NCBI GenBank assembly: GCA_963753865.1
Contig: CAVWDW010000003.1
Span: forward strand, 53,619-117,618
From: an uncultured Chloroflexia bacterium
GTDB taxonomy: Bacteria; Chloroflexota; Anaerolineae; Promineifilales; Promineifilaceae
Length of the DNA: 64,000 bases
Direction of reading: 5' to 3'
Positions 10,144 through 19,825 of the stretch are shown here, piece by piece (the first letter of the stretch is position 1; each line of letters starts with the position of its first letter). The notes beneath the pieces were generated by a model. It did not search any database, was not told where the DNA came from, and worked only from the letters and a program-made list of their open reading frames with translations. The translations under genes and the position numbers were made by a program.

Positions 10144-12108
10144 TCAACAGTAGATCCGTACCGCTTCCAATGGCATCAATTCTATATTGAACGATCCGCT
10201 CTCAGTTGAATAGGTCTGCGGCAGTCGCTGCCTAAACAGCATGGGCGATGCCATTGCCTCCACTACCGTGGTCTCATTCAGCCGGCGCACTTGAACTGTT
10301 GTCGGCAGATCGGTGAGACGAACCGGCTGGACATGCGGTGTCAGGTTTGACAGCAGCAGCATCCGTCCCGCATCGTTCTCGATCATCAAGCTTTCCACCT
10401 GAAGTGGCCGGCTGGAGCGTGTTGCGACGAGTCGCCCACTTTTCATCTCGCCCAAATCTGCCAGAAGATGGTAAACAGGATAGACACCGCCTGGAATGAA
10501 CCAAAACGTTGGGGTTGGCGTTTCGTCTTCCGCGGCGATTACACCACCACGACCGGTCGTTTCGAAGTAGGTGATACTGTCCACGCTGCTCTCGGCTAAA
10601 TGCTTTACACTGCCCAGGGTCCAGCTGAGACCGAACAAGGAACTCTGTCGCTCGTCTACCTGGAGCAATCCTGATTCTGAGCCAGGTTCCGGTTCGTTCT
10701 TCCAAGCGGCAGGATCGAGTCGTGGCTTGAGCGTGACCGGGCTAACGACAATGGGCTTGCCCTCGGCAAAGCGCCTGGCGGATTCGACCGTCTCTGCCTG
10801 AGCCGCCAGAGTTTCTACAAGCGAGGTGTTATCAAAGGCATGGACCTGGGGGTTGATTGAGTAGGTCACGAAATCCATCTGGGCCATTGGGGGGCGCCTT
10901 GCATTGATGGCGACAAAGTCGCTGTTGGTGCCCGCTCCAATCGGAATGTCTGCTCCCCAACTGGCCAGCATGTCGCGAGCCAGCTTGATCCAGGTCTCCG
11001 ACGTCGTTCTTTCGGCCACATGGAAGATCAGCCATTGTCGAATCGACGGCGGATTCGCCGACAAGACGCTCACCAGGTCGGCCAGTTCTTGCCGGGCATT
11101 GTCGGTCAGAAACAGGGCTGCTTCCAGTTGCGCTCCGACTGCTCTGGCCTCGACCGCAGCTTGTTGAAGCCTGGCTTTGTAGGCCGGGTTAGCCAGGTAC
11201 AAATCGACGCGCAGGTGCGACAGGTTCAAGGCTCTGATCAGGTCGATCGCCTCGTCGGGCAGCGAGTGACCGTGGCTCGCCACGCCCAGACCAAGAGTCG
11301 GCAATGGTCTTCCCTCACCCTGTGCCAGCGAGATGACGACCCGCTCATGCTCTGATTCATCCAGTGCCACCGAAGGAGTCTCCCCCGCAAGTGTCAGGCG
11401 AACAGCCTGCCCGATTCTTGTTCCTTTCTCAATCGGAACAGGGAACGGTTGGCTCAGCGGCGTGCCGTACACCTTGAAGGAGGCATCTGTCCAGTTGCGC
11501 TGGTCTTCCATTTCAAAGACCTCCCCCTCAAAGTCCACACGCGCCCATAGGTCCGGCAGCACTTGATGCGTGAGCGCGCGCAGGTTATCGAACGGCTGTA
11601 CGGGACAGAGATGACCGTTCCGGCTTAATTGCGGGGCAATTGTCGTGGGGAAGAAAGAGGATTCGGTAGATCCATCGGTATGTTCAACGATTGCTGTTCC
11701 TCCGGCGCACCCTGGGGGGTAGAGCACGCAGAACCCGATCCGGTTGCGACGAAAAGTGGATAGGGCTTCACCGTGCATGGTAAATGAAATCACGCCGTTG
11801 GCTTGCCCAACAATGCTGCCCTGCCATTGAAACGCAGCGATATCGCCTTGCCGATGGCTTGCGTCATAGGCGATTTCAAATGAATCCTGGCGCGCCTCAA
11901 TCCGCACGTTGGAGAGAGTCGCAGGAACGGTGCCCCACTCATCGTCACGCACGGCCACATAAACACGTCGCAGGATCTCGACGTTCCACCAGCTAATCGT
12001 GCGCAAATCACCGTCTTCATAGAGCAGCGACAGCGACCCCGCCTGTAGCGGTATGCGTGGTGGAAGTGAATCGGAACGACCGTAGTAGAGTACATTGGTA
12101 GTCGGCAT
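10144..12108 (-). CDS. Conserved-looking hypothetical protein (about 654 aa); no family recognised
   Basis: Long ORF with no competing frame. Its ATG overlaps the upstream stop by one nt (TGATG); an alternative GTG lies at 12111. Last gene of a 4-gene minus-strand operon. Confidence 0.7.
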   Translation of the reverse strand: MPTTNVLYYGRSDSLPPRIPLQAGSLSLLYEDGDLRTISWWNVEILRRVYVAVRDDEWGTVPATLSNVRIEARQDSFEIAYDASHRQGDIAAFQWQGSIVGQANGVISFTMHGEALSTFRRNRIGFCVLYPPGCAGGTAIVEHTDGSTESSFFPTTIAPQLSRNGHLCPVQPFDNLRALTHQVLPDLWARVDFEGEVFEMEDQRNWTDASFKVYGTPLSQPFPVPIEKGTRIGQAVRLTLAGETPSVALDESEHERVVISLAQGEGRPLPTLGLGVASHGHSLPDEAIDLIRALNLSHLRVDLYLANPAYKARLQQAAVEARAVGAQLEAALFLTDNARQELADLVSVLSANPPSIRQWLIFHVAERTTSETWIKLARDMLASWGADIPIGAGTNSDFVAINARRPPMAQMDFVTYSINPQVHAFDNTSLVETLAAQAETVESARRFAEGKPIVVSPVTLKPRLDPAAWKNEPEPGSESGLLQVDERQSSLFGLSWTLGSVKHLAESSVDSITYFETTGRGGVIAAEDETPTPTFWFIPGGVYPVYHLLADLGEMKSGRLVATRSSRPLQVESLMIENDAGRMLLLSNLTPHVQPVRLTDLPTTVQVRRLNETTVVEAMASPMLFRQRLPQTYSTESGSFNIELMPLEAVRIYC

Positions 12109-12929
12109 CACTCATCCTCCTGGGACAGGACGGTTTTCAGATAGGCAACGCTTTCTCGCGCCCAGGCCGTTTCCTTTTCGAGGGTCGCCTTCACGGTGGT
12201 TTCCGGCGGTGTCCACAGCTCCAGGACGGCCGTCGGGTGGCGGCCGAACGGTTGCAGCGTGTCTCGCAACCAGGGAATGTCCAGTTGTCCCTGCCCGGCC
12301 GGGGTCCCTTCGATGGTGAAGCCCATCATGTGGTCCGCCCGACGAACCCGAAAATCCTTGATATGCAGGTTCATTGTCCATGGGGCCAGCGCAGCTACAA
12401 CCACAGCTGGCCCTTCCAGCGCACCGAACGAGTTGACCGTGTCCAGGCAGATACCGAGGTCATTGCTTCCAATCGTTTCCAGGATATGCAGGAAGTCAGC
12501 GGTGGTGAAGCGGTCGTGATTCTCAAGCGCCAGGGCCACTCCAAAACGCTGGAAGAGAGGTAGGCCTTTTTGTATAAGGGCAATTGTCTCAGGGACGGTT
12601 GGTTGGTGGTTGGCGGTGTCGATGACAACTCGCACAAACGGCGAGCAAAACCGGTGGGCCAGTTGCACGTAGGTTTGCAGGTGTTCGAGGGCTATCCCGC
12701 GCGTGCCCACCTCAATCTGTATGTCGAGGTCGGCCGCTTGCGCCACAAGCCCGGCTAGTTCGGTTTCCGGCAGGTGATGGAGGGGCATGTTGTCTGCAAT
12801 CTGTACGATAGACACGCCCAGGTCAACCGCCTTTTGCAAGAGGTCGGCAGGGGACATGGGCCGTGGGGGTTCCTGGCCGGGCACGCCAATGGCCCATGTG
12901 TAGGTGTAGGAACTGATTCCGAGATTCAT
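12108..12929 (-). CDS. Sugar phosphate isomerase/epimerase, xylose isomerase-like TIM barrel (AP_endonuc_2 fold)
   Basis: MNLGISSYTYTW N-terminus, with LALENHD and CLDTVNS metal-ligand-type motifs typical of this fold. Confidence 0.75.
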   Translation of the reverse strand: MNLGISSYTYTWAIGVPGQEPPRPMSPADLLQKAVDLGVSIVQIADNMPLHHLPETELAGLVAQAADLDIQIEVGTRGIALEHLQTYVQLAHRFCSPFVRVVIDTANHQPTVPETIALIQKGLPLFQRFGVALALENHDRFTTADFLHILETIGSNDLGICLDTVNSFGALEGPAVVVAALAPWTMNLHIKDFRVRRADHMMGFTIEGTPAGQGQLDIPWLRDTLQPFGRHPTAVLELWTPPETTVKATLEKETAWARESVAYLKTVLSQEDE

Positions 12930-12940
12930 GGTGTCGCCAT

Positions 12941-13780
12941 TCAGGCGCCGGCCAATATAGCCTCGACCTGCTCATCGACGTTGTCCCATTCGAATACCTT
13001 CTTCCAGTCTGGTTGGATCAAGTTCTTCTTGGCGTTTTCCACCATGAGCAAGGCAGCATCGGAGAAGTCCGTGTTGAGATAGCCGTACTGGATGCCCAGG
13101 TTGACGTTGATATGCCCCATAAGAAAATCCATCGCGGCCTCTTCCGGCACCCCTCGGCTGACTGCCTCTTCCATGGCCTCTTTCATGATGAACATACAGG
13201 TCAGCACAACCGTCTCGGCCATCGCCGGTTCCAGCAGAATCATCTGATCGAGCGTGATGCGGTGCGTACGCAGCACCGGCGCAAACATGACGCGCACGAT
13301 CTGCTCCCCAAGCGCATAATCCTCATCACTGCCCTGCATCAGTGCGCACACAAGAGGCTGTTTGGCCCTGACGCCACCATAGAAGTCCAGTTTCGCCTCC
13401 GGGTCTGTTTCGTCGTTGACCACCGGAGGATGGCACGGATGAACGATGAAATAGGCAATGTCTTCGCGCTTGGGCATCTTGCCTGCATAGGGTGCGGCAG
13501 GATCGAGCGTAATGACCAGTGCCCCGGACTTCAGTCCGGGCACAATATCGTGGGCAACCTGCTCAAGGATCACATCCGGTACGGCTAGAATGATAGCGTC
13601 GGCGGTCGCCTGAGCCTCTTCCCTGGTGGATGGGGTCAAGCCCTGAGCGAGAAGGCGCTCCCGGCCCGCTTGCCCGGACTCCACATAGAGAATCGCATAG
13701 TCATCGACATCCCGAAGTCGGTTCGCAATGCGAGTGCCGATCTTTCCGCCGGCTCCGAATAGAGCAATGGTTTGGGTCAT
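12941..13780 (-). CDS. NAD(P)-binding Rossmann-fold dehydrogenase (subfamily not resolved)
   Basis: N-terminal IALFGAGGKIGTRIA dinucleotide-binding motif. AGGAGA Shine-Dalgarno upstream. Confidence 0.65.
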   Translation of the reverse strand: MTQTIALFGAGGKIGTRIANRLRDVDDYAILYVESGQAGRERLLAQGLTPSTREEAQATADAIILAVPDVILEQVAHDIVPGLKSGALVITLDPAAPYAGKMPKREDIAYFIVHPCHPPVVNDETDPEAKLDFYGGVRAKQPLVCALMQGSDEDYALGEQIVRVMFAPVLRTHRITLDQMILLEPAMAETVVLTCMFIMKEAMEEAVSRGVPEEAAMDFLMGHINVNLGIQYGYLNTDFSDAALLMVENAKKNLIQPDWKKVFEWDNVDEQVEAILAGA

Positions 13781-13848
13781 GGTGTTTCTCCTATCTCAAT
13801 TTCCTGGAACAGAGGTTTCTGTACACGATGGGTTCGGGGGAATGCATG

Positions 13849-14868
13849 CTAGAGTTGGACTACTCTGCCATCAGAGGCAGAATCATACGCAGCAAAGACA
13901 AGCTGCATAGTCTTCAGATTATCTTCCGCACTGGTTTCAGCTGGTTGCCCGGTGCGCAGGGCATGAAGCAAGTCGCTGTTGCAGGCAACGATGCTGGCGT
14001 GGACAGCGTCATAGGCAGGGTCGGCCCAGCTGTAGCGGGGTGGGGGAAAACGACGAGCCAATGTGCCCGCTTCTGTGGTCGCCCTTATCCAGAAGTCAGG
14101 AGCCAGTTCCACCGCCCCTCTTTCGCACTCCACGTGGACATAGGTTTCAGGGAAGCGGTTCTGCTCGACAGGGCTGGCATAGCTCATGGAGCAGACAACG
14201 CTGATGCCCGGCCCCATCTCCATCATGACCGTCGCCACATCTTCCCCCTTGATACCGGGAGTTATGCTGGCGATCTGGCAGTAGACGCTTTTGGCGTCGC
14301 CAAAGAGGAAACGGGCCGTGTCCAGAATGTGGCTGCCGATGTCGGCGAGGATGAATTGGTCCAGTTCTTTCAGAAACGGTTGGTTATCGAAAACAGGAAA
14401 GCTGTTCGTGTAGTGAATGTGGGCGCGAAACGGCCGGCCCACGTCGGCCCTATCCAGTGTTCTCTTCAGTTGGCGAATCTGATGCTGCCAGCGCCAGTTT
14501 TCGTGGATCATCATGGGCACATCCGCCTCTCGGCAGACAGAGACCATCTGCTCCGCGATCGCCAACGTGGGAGCCATCGGCTTCTGACAGATAGCTGGAA
14601 CTCTATACTCGGCTGCCAGGTTCACAAATTGACTATGTGTGTCGACATCAGTAATGATATCGATGAAATCTATCTTCTCGTTCTGCAGCAGCATCTCAGG
14701 ATCATCGTAGATTGCCGCTATTCCAAACTGCTCCCCTATCGCCGCCGCCTTTGGCAGCGTGCGATTGTAGAGCGCCACACATTGCACTCCAGCCAGTTCT
14801 TGCCATCCGGCAAGTTGAAAGCGAGACCAGAAACCTGTGCCAAATATCGCGAATCGTAGACTTTCCAA
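13849..14868 (-). CDS. Gfo/Idh/MocA family oxidoreductase
   Basis: RFAIFGTGFWSRFQLAGW Rossmann N-terminus and a QKP variant of the EKP motif (ICQKPMA). Apparent TTG start with a G-rich Shine-Dalgarno. Confidence 0.8.
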   Translation of the reverse strand: MESLRFAIFGTGFWSRFQLAGWQELAGVQCVALYNRTLPKAAAIGEQFGIAAIYDDPEMLLQNEKIDFIDIITDVDTHSQFVNLAAEYRVPAICQKPMAPTLAIAEQMVSVCREADVPMMIHENWRWQHQIRQLKRTLDRADVGRPFRAHIHYTNSFPVFDNQPFLKELDQFILADIGSHILDTARFLFGDAKSVYCQIASITPGIKGEDVATVMMEMGPGISVVCSMSYASPVEQNRFPETYVHVECERGAVELAPDFWIRATTEAGTLARRFPPPRYSWADPAYDAVHASIVACNSDLLHALRTGQPAETSAEDNLKTMQLVFAAYDSASDGRVVQL

Positions 14869-14908
14869 TGTGCCCCCCCATCTAACGTGACAGAATTTGA
14901 TGTAAAGT

Positions 14909-14928
14909 ATAACTGAGATTTCAGTTAT
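14909..14928. promoter_or_regulatory. Candidate operator: perfect inverted repeat ATAACTGA-gatt-TCAGTTAT in the divergent GntR/oxidoreductase intergenic region
   Basis: The palindrome is read directly from the sequence. A TATAAT box lies at 14949-14954, just downstream and facing the GntR gene. Confidence 0.45.
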
Positions 14929-14996
14929 GTGTCAATCCTGTTTGCGGGTATAATGTGGGGGCTAGAGGGAGAAGTCAGCACAATGGAGGATAGTCG

Positions 14997-15650
14997 ATGA
15001 GTGCAGAGGTTGGGTTCAGGAAAGTGCTGCTGAAGGAGCAAGCCTACGAACAGCTGAAAGGAATGCTGTTGGATGGCACCTACTTGCCCGGCACATTCTT
15101 GTCTGAGCGGAAGCTGGCGGAGTCACTCAAGATGAGCAAGACACCCGTGCGGGCTGCCCTGGAGCGTTTGGACCAGGAAGGATTCATCGCCGTCTCGCCG
15201 CAGCAGGGCATTGTGGTGCGCGACCTGTCGCTGCGCGAAGTGCGCGAGCATTATGACATTCGCATTGCGCTGGAAACGTTCATCGTCCGTTCTTTGGCCG
15301 GCAATCTGACGGCCCCACAGTTCGATCTGCTGGCGCAAAACCTGGCCGAACAGCGGCGATGCATCGTTGACAGTGATGTACAGAGTCTTGCCAACCTGGA
15401 CCGTGACTTCCATTTGCTTCTAGCGCGATTTCTTGACAATCAGGAGATTGTACGTGTTATGGAGCATCAACGAGACAAAGCATACCGCATCACCAATCAC
15501 ATTTCGACGATGTATCCGCCGCGCATGCAAGCCAGTTATGACGAACACCAGGCCATTTTCATGGCCTTGCAAGCCGCGGATGGAGAGGCGGCTGTGGCTG
15601 CCATGCAAGCCCACCTGCAAAACGGTCGTCAGTTCATCCTGCAAGGATAG
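14997..15650 (+). CDS. GntR family transcriptional regulator (FadR/FCD subfamily)
   Basis: Winged-HTH segment ERKLAESLKMSKTPVRAALERLDQEGFI followed by an all-helical C-terminal domain. GGAGG Shine-Dalgarno. Confidence 0.85.
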   Translation: MSAEVGFRKVLLKEQAYEQLKGMLLDGTYLPGTFLSERKLAESLKMSKTPVRAALERLDQEGFIAVSPQQGIVVRDLSLREVREHYDIRIALETFIVRSLAGNLTAPQFDLLAQNLAEQRRCIVDSDVQSLANLDRDFHLLLARFLDNQEIVRVMEHQRDKAYRITNHISTMYPPRMQASYDEHQAIFMALQAADGEAAVAAMQAHLQNGRQFILQG

Positions 15651-15655
15651 GGGCC

Positions 15656-18600
15656 GTGATACCAACGATCCAGAGTCAAAATGCCGTCCACGCAGCAGCC
15701 AACGTGCCACAATTGAACATAGGTCTGATCACAGGCTCTCTCTACGAGGACAGCATTGCCATCCTGTCAGGTGCAATCTCTGCGGCGCGGCAGCACAATG
15801 TCAACCTGGTTTGCTTTCAAGGGGGGCAAATCGGACTGGGACTTAATGAAGAGTCCGTCTATCGACTCATTACCCCGGACTACATCGACGGGCTGATTCT
15901 ATGGGCGGGTTGGCTGGGGCAAAACGCCAGCTCTGAGGACATGGCCCACTTCAGCCAACTGTTTTCAAGCATCAAGACAGTCAGCATCTCGCAGCAGTTC
16001 AACGACTCGCCCAGTGTGATGATTGATAACCGGCACGGCATAAGGGAGGTTCTGACGCATCTCATTCGTGACCATAATCGGCAGCGTGTGGCCATTGTCC
16101 AGGGGCCAGGGGGGCATTTCGAGTCGGAAGAGAGGTATCAATCTTATCTGGAAACGCTGACCGCCCAAGGCATTCCTGTTGATCCGGCGCTGGTGGCCCC
16201 GGGCGTTTTCGCCAAAGAGTCAGGCGTGGCGGCCGTCAACCTGTTACTGGATGAGCGGCAGGTCATGCCCGATGCCATTGTGACGCTCGATGATTACGTA
16301 GCCATTGGCGTCATAGGCGAGCTTCAGCGGCGCGGCCTGCGCGTGCCGGACGATATAGCGGTCACCGGCTTCGACAACGTACCTGAAGCAGAGGTGTTCA
16401 GCCCACCTTTGACCACTGTCTTTCAATCCGGTTTCGACCAGGGACGGCAGGCGATGAATTTGTTGGTTGGCTGGCTTGCGGGCGATGACATTCCCAAACA
16501 GACAAACCTGCTGACCCCGCTGATTATCCGGCGGTCCTGTGGATGTCCGGACCCCATTCTGGCCACCTCGCCGCTTGGCGCGCCCGAACGGCAGAACGGG
16601 CAAGCAGTGGCAGAGAACGACAACGACCTTTCCGCCACACTCGCCACGCTGCTTGCCGAGCAATTTCCTGGCGTCGGTTCAGGCTGGCTGCCGACATTCG
16701 TACAGAGCTTGCTAGCTGCACTGGAAACCGGAGAGAGGCAGGCGTTCCAATCTACATTGGAGATGATCCTGACCAGCGAGATCCGTCAGGATGCCACCCT
16801 CGCCAATTGGCAGCAGATTTTGTCAGCCATCACGCCGGACATTCTAACGAGCTTGCCCCAACCGATCGCCCAGAAGGCTGTTGGTTTGCTCGAACAGGCC
16901 CGCTTGATGGTCAGCGAAAGGCAGCGCCGGCAGGAAGGGATCAAGCGGCTCCAGGCCGAGCGGCAAGCCTTTGCGCTGCATCATATCGGCCAGGAGCTGA
17001 TTACTACATTCGACCTGGACACATTGGCGGAGTTGGTCAAGACTCGCTTTCCCGAACTGGGTATTCCCGGCTGCTCAGTGGTGCTGTTTGACAATCCGGC
17101 GGATAGTATCTCAGTCTCTTCCAGACCGGTCGCGGAGAAGCGTCTGCATGTCCTGACGGGCTATGGGGCCGGTTTCCCGACTGGCAAACCGGCCATCACG
17201 CCCTGTCAACCTGTCGATGAGCATCTGACCAATTTGAAAGCCGCCGGCACCCTCATTGTTGAGCCGCTGGATTTCCAGGATCAGCACCTGGGCTACATCG
17301 TGTTTGAGATTGGCCCGTTGGACGGCATGCTATATGAAAAGCTGCGCAGTTACCTCAGTTCGGCTATCAAAGGGGCTTTGTTGTTCCAGCGCAGTGAATC
17401 GCTTTTTCGCCAGGAGATGGCGGCACGACAGAAAGCGGAGGAAGCCGACCGGCTCAAGACGACCCTTCTGGCGAACGTCAGCCATGACTTGCGCACGCCA
17501 TTGAACGTTATTCTCGGCTACACTCAATCGGCGCTCAACGATCCCAATCCCTACGGGCGGGAACTGCCGGGTGATCTGATTGAGGATTTGCGCTACGTGG
17601 TAACCAATGCGGAACATCTGACCCGGCTGATCAACGACCTGCTGGACCTGTCGCGCGCGGAGATCAATGAACTCAATCTCCACCCCGAACCGATCGACAT
17701 ACGAACGTTCTTGCTTGACCTATTCGAGGCCATGTCGGGCACCGACCCACAAGATGACGTCAAGTGGCTGCTCGACCTGCCCGCACGGATGCCCATTATC
17801 ATGGCGGATCCCGTGCGGCTGCGCCAGATCGTGCTCAATATTCTTAGCAATGCTGAAGAGTTCACCGATCGTGGGACTATCACTCTGGGGGCAACCATAG
17901 AACCGCCTTTCCTCCACATTTGGATTCGCGACACAGGCGCCGGTATCCCCGTCAAGATGCAGGAAAAGATATTCGAGCCGTTTGTGGCAGCCAACTCCCC
18001 GTCTGGTCGCCGTGGAGGCATTGGCCTGGGCCTGTCCATTACACGTCGCCTGGTTGCCTTGCATAAGGGCATAATCTCCCTCGAAAGCAAACCGGGCGAG
18101 GGCAGCACCTTCCACATCTTCCTACCGCTGCCCAGCCTGGAGGGAGAGGCAATCTCGCAGAAACCGGCCGGGAACCCGGTCTTGCTCTACGTCTCAGGGA
18201 TCAAGACCCCGGAGACAATCCGGGAGCTGTGCCACCGCGCGGGATGGGGATTGGTGCGGCTGCAAAACTATGATGACTTGGCCGGCCTGCTGGCAGACTG
18301 TTCGCCAGTGGCTGTCAGTTGGGATGTAACCGACGTTCGACCCAGCGATTGGGTAGTCATCCAGAAACTGCGTTCGAATCCCTACCTGTCGATGCTGCCC
18401 TTGCTCATCTTTGATATGCCTGCCAACCGAGCCGCTAACGGTGATTTGACATCTGTGTTTATGAAGCCGCTGCACAGCGAGAGCCTGATCAACTTTATTG
18501 AGGCGCTGGGTATCGCCGGACCCGACAGCACAATCCTGGTGGTCGACGATGATCCGCAGGCCAGGGAGTTGTACGGGAGCTTGATCGAGGATATCTTGCC

Positions 18601-19231
18601 CGATTGTCAGCTGCGGTCTGCTGCCGACGGTGTCGAAGCGCTGCACGCGATCAAGCAAGAACGCCCTTCGTTGATTATTCTGGACCTGATGATGCCACGA
18701 CTTGATGGCTTCGGTGTTATTCGTCAACTACGAGCGGACCCAAAGACAGAGTCTATTCCGATCATTGTCCTGTCCGGCAAAGTCCTCACCCCCGGCGATA
18801 TCCAACAACTGAAGGGCGAGCGGGTGTTTCTACAATCCAAAGGCATCCTGTCGGAAGAAGAGTTGAGCGCGATCATCGCCAGGGTCATAGGGGAGGGCGA
18901 CAGTCTGAAGCCGGCCAACGACATCGTCAAGATAGCGCTCGGTTTCATCCACCAACATTATTCGGAACCGATCACGCGGACGGAGATCAGTCTGGCCATT
19001 GGCGTGGACAAAGATTACCTGGGACGCCTGTTTCGCGAGGAGTTGGGTATGACCGTAGGACAGTATATAGGGCGCTTCCGCATCTATCTTGCCAGGCAAG
19101 CCCTCCGCCAGACCGATCTTGACATTGCCCATATCGCCTATCAGTGCGGATTTCAGGATGCAGCCTACTTCAGCAGGCTGTTTCGTAAACTGACCGGCAC
19201 GTCCCCACGGAAGTACCGTGCCCAGAAGTAA
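15656..19231 (+). CDS. Soluble hybrid two-component regulator: LacI-type sugar-binding (PBP type I) domain, GAF-like region, HisKA/HATPase_c kinase, degenerate receiver, canonical receiver, AraC-type HTH
   Basis: 1191 aa. PBP region LNIGLITGSLYED...DDIAVTGFDN. H-box NVSHDLRTPLN (His codon at 17483). G-boxes GGIGLGLSITRRL and GEGSTF. Receiver TILVVDDDP...LIILDLMMP (Asp codon at 18683). AraC HTH AYQCGFQDAAYFSRLFRK. No clear transmembrane segment seen. Confidence 0.8.
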   Translation: MIPTIQSQNAVHAAANVPQLNIGLITGSLYEDSIAILSGAISAARQHNVNLVCFQGGQIGLGLNEESVYRLITPDYIDGLILWAGWLGQNASSEDMAHFSQLFSSIKTVSISQQFNDSPSVMIDNRHGIREVLTHLIRDHNRQRVAIVQGPGGHFESEERYQSYLETLTAQGIPVDPALVAPGVFAKESGVAAVNLLLDERQVMPDAIVTLDDYVAIGVIGELQRRGLRVPDDIAVTGFDNVPEAEVFSPPLTTVFQSGFDQGRQAMNLLVGWLAGDDIPKQTNLLTPLIIRRSCGCPDPILATSPLGAPERQNGQAVAENDNDLSATLATLLAEQFPGVGSGWLPTFVQSLLAALETGERQAFQSTLEMILTSEIRQDATLANWQQILSAITPDILTSLPQPIAQKAVGLLEQARLMVSERQRRQEGIKRLQAERQAFALHHIGQELITTFDLDTLAELVKTRFPELGIPGCSVVLFDNPADSISVSSRPVAEKRLHVLTGYGAGFPTGKPAITPCQPVDEHLTNLKAAGTLIVEPLDFQDQHLGYIVFEIGPLDGMLYEKLRSYLSSAIKGALLFQRSESLFRQEMAARQKAEEADRLKTTLLANVSHDLRTPLNVILGYTQSALNDPNPYGRELPGDLIEDLRYVVTNAEHLTRLINDLLDLSRAEINELNLHPEPIDIRTFLLDLFEAMSGTDPQDDVKWLLDLPARMPIIMADPVRLRQIVLNILSNAEEFTDRGTITLGATIEPPFLHIWIRDTGAGIPVKMQEKIFEPFVAANSPSGRRGGIGLGLSITRRLVALHKGIISLESKPGEGSTFHIFLPLPSLEGEAISQKPAGNPVLLYVSGIKTPETIRELCHRAGWGLVRLQNYDDLAGLLADCSPVAVSWDVTDVRPSDWVVIQKLRSNPYLSMLPLLIFDMPANRAANGDLTSVFMKPLHSESLINFIEALGIAGPDSTILVVDDDPQARELYGSLIEDILPDCQLRSAADGVEALHAIKQERPSLIILDLMMPRLDGFGVIRQLRADPKTESIPIIVLSGKVLTPGDIQQLKGERVFLQSKGILSEEELSAIIARVIGEGDSLKPANDIVKIALGFIHQHYSEPITRTEISLAIGVDKDYLGRLFREELGMTVGQYIGRFRIYLARQALRQTDLDIAHIAYQCGFQDAAYFSRLFRKLTGTSPRKYRAQK

Positions 19232-19279
19232 CAGGCGCTTCATTGTATTTCCCCACATAGCTGCGCAGGATGAACAGAC

Positions 19280-19825
19280 ATGATTGAACTGGATGCCGTG
19301 ATGATTGTGGCTCACCCTGATGACGACGGGCTTTTTGGTGGCGCCTTGCAGAAACGCCTGCGCTTTCTGAAATGGGGGATCGTTTGTCTGACATATAGCC
19401 TGGACCATCAGCGCGGTCAGGAGTTGGTGTCCTGGCAAAACTCCCTTGGTACGCCGACCGCAACCATTCAGTTTCTGAACTTCCCGGATGATCCGTCTGA
19501 CCTCCTGCGAAAAGAATCAAGCTTCTCGGTCGCGCTGATCAAGGATGCGCTGAACGCATTGGATATTCGGGCAAAGTTAGTCGTGACGCACAACTCCCTG
19601 GGTGAATATGGGCACCCGCATCACACAGATCTCCATCAAGCAGTCGTTGCAAGCTTCATCAATCCTGTCTTCTTTGGCACAGGCAGCCGGAAATCGAATG
19701 TAGTCATAGACGTCGAAGATTTTTCTGATGATCTATGCTCGTTCTATCCAAGTCAATCGACTGTAGTCCGAACGACCCATGAGCAGTTCGGCTGTTGTCG
19801 GACCGCTGGCTACATCTTTCCCTGA
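19280..19825 (+). CDS. PIG-L/LmbE family N-acetylglucosaminyl deacetylase-like protein
   Basis: VMIVAHPDDD and HPHHTDLH zinc-ligand motifs. Confidence 0.75.
   Translation: MIELDAVMIVAHPDDDGLFGGALQKRLRFLKWGIVCLTYSLDHQRGQELVSWQNSLGTPTATIQFLNFPDDPSDLLRKESSFSVALIKDALNALDIRAKLVVTHNSLGEYGHPHHTDLHQAVVASFINPVFFGTGSRKSNVVIDVEDFSDDLCSFYPSQSTVVRTTHEQFGCCRTAGYIFP

Noticed and set aside
13630-14859. 409-aa plus-strand ORF covering the Gfo/Idh/MocA gene region
   Set aside because: It is antisense to a gene with clear Rossmann and Gfo/Idh/MocA features, has no Shine-Dalgarno sequence, and starts inside the neighbouring gene.
18363-18385. tRNA T-arm-like string GCGTTCGAATCCC
   Set aside because: It lies in frame inside the hybrid regulator CDS (LRSNPYL). 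No acceptor, D-arm or anticodon arm can be built around it.
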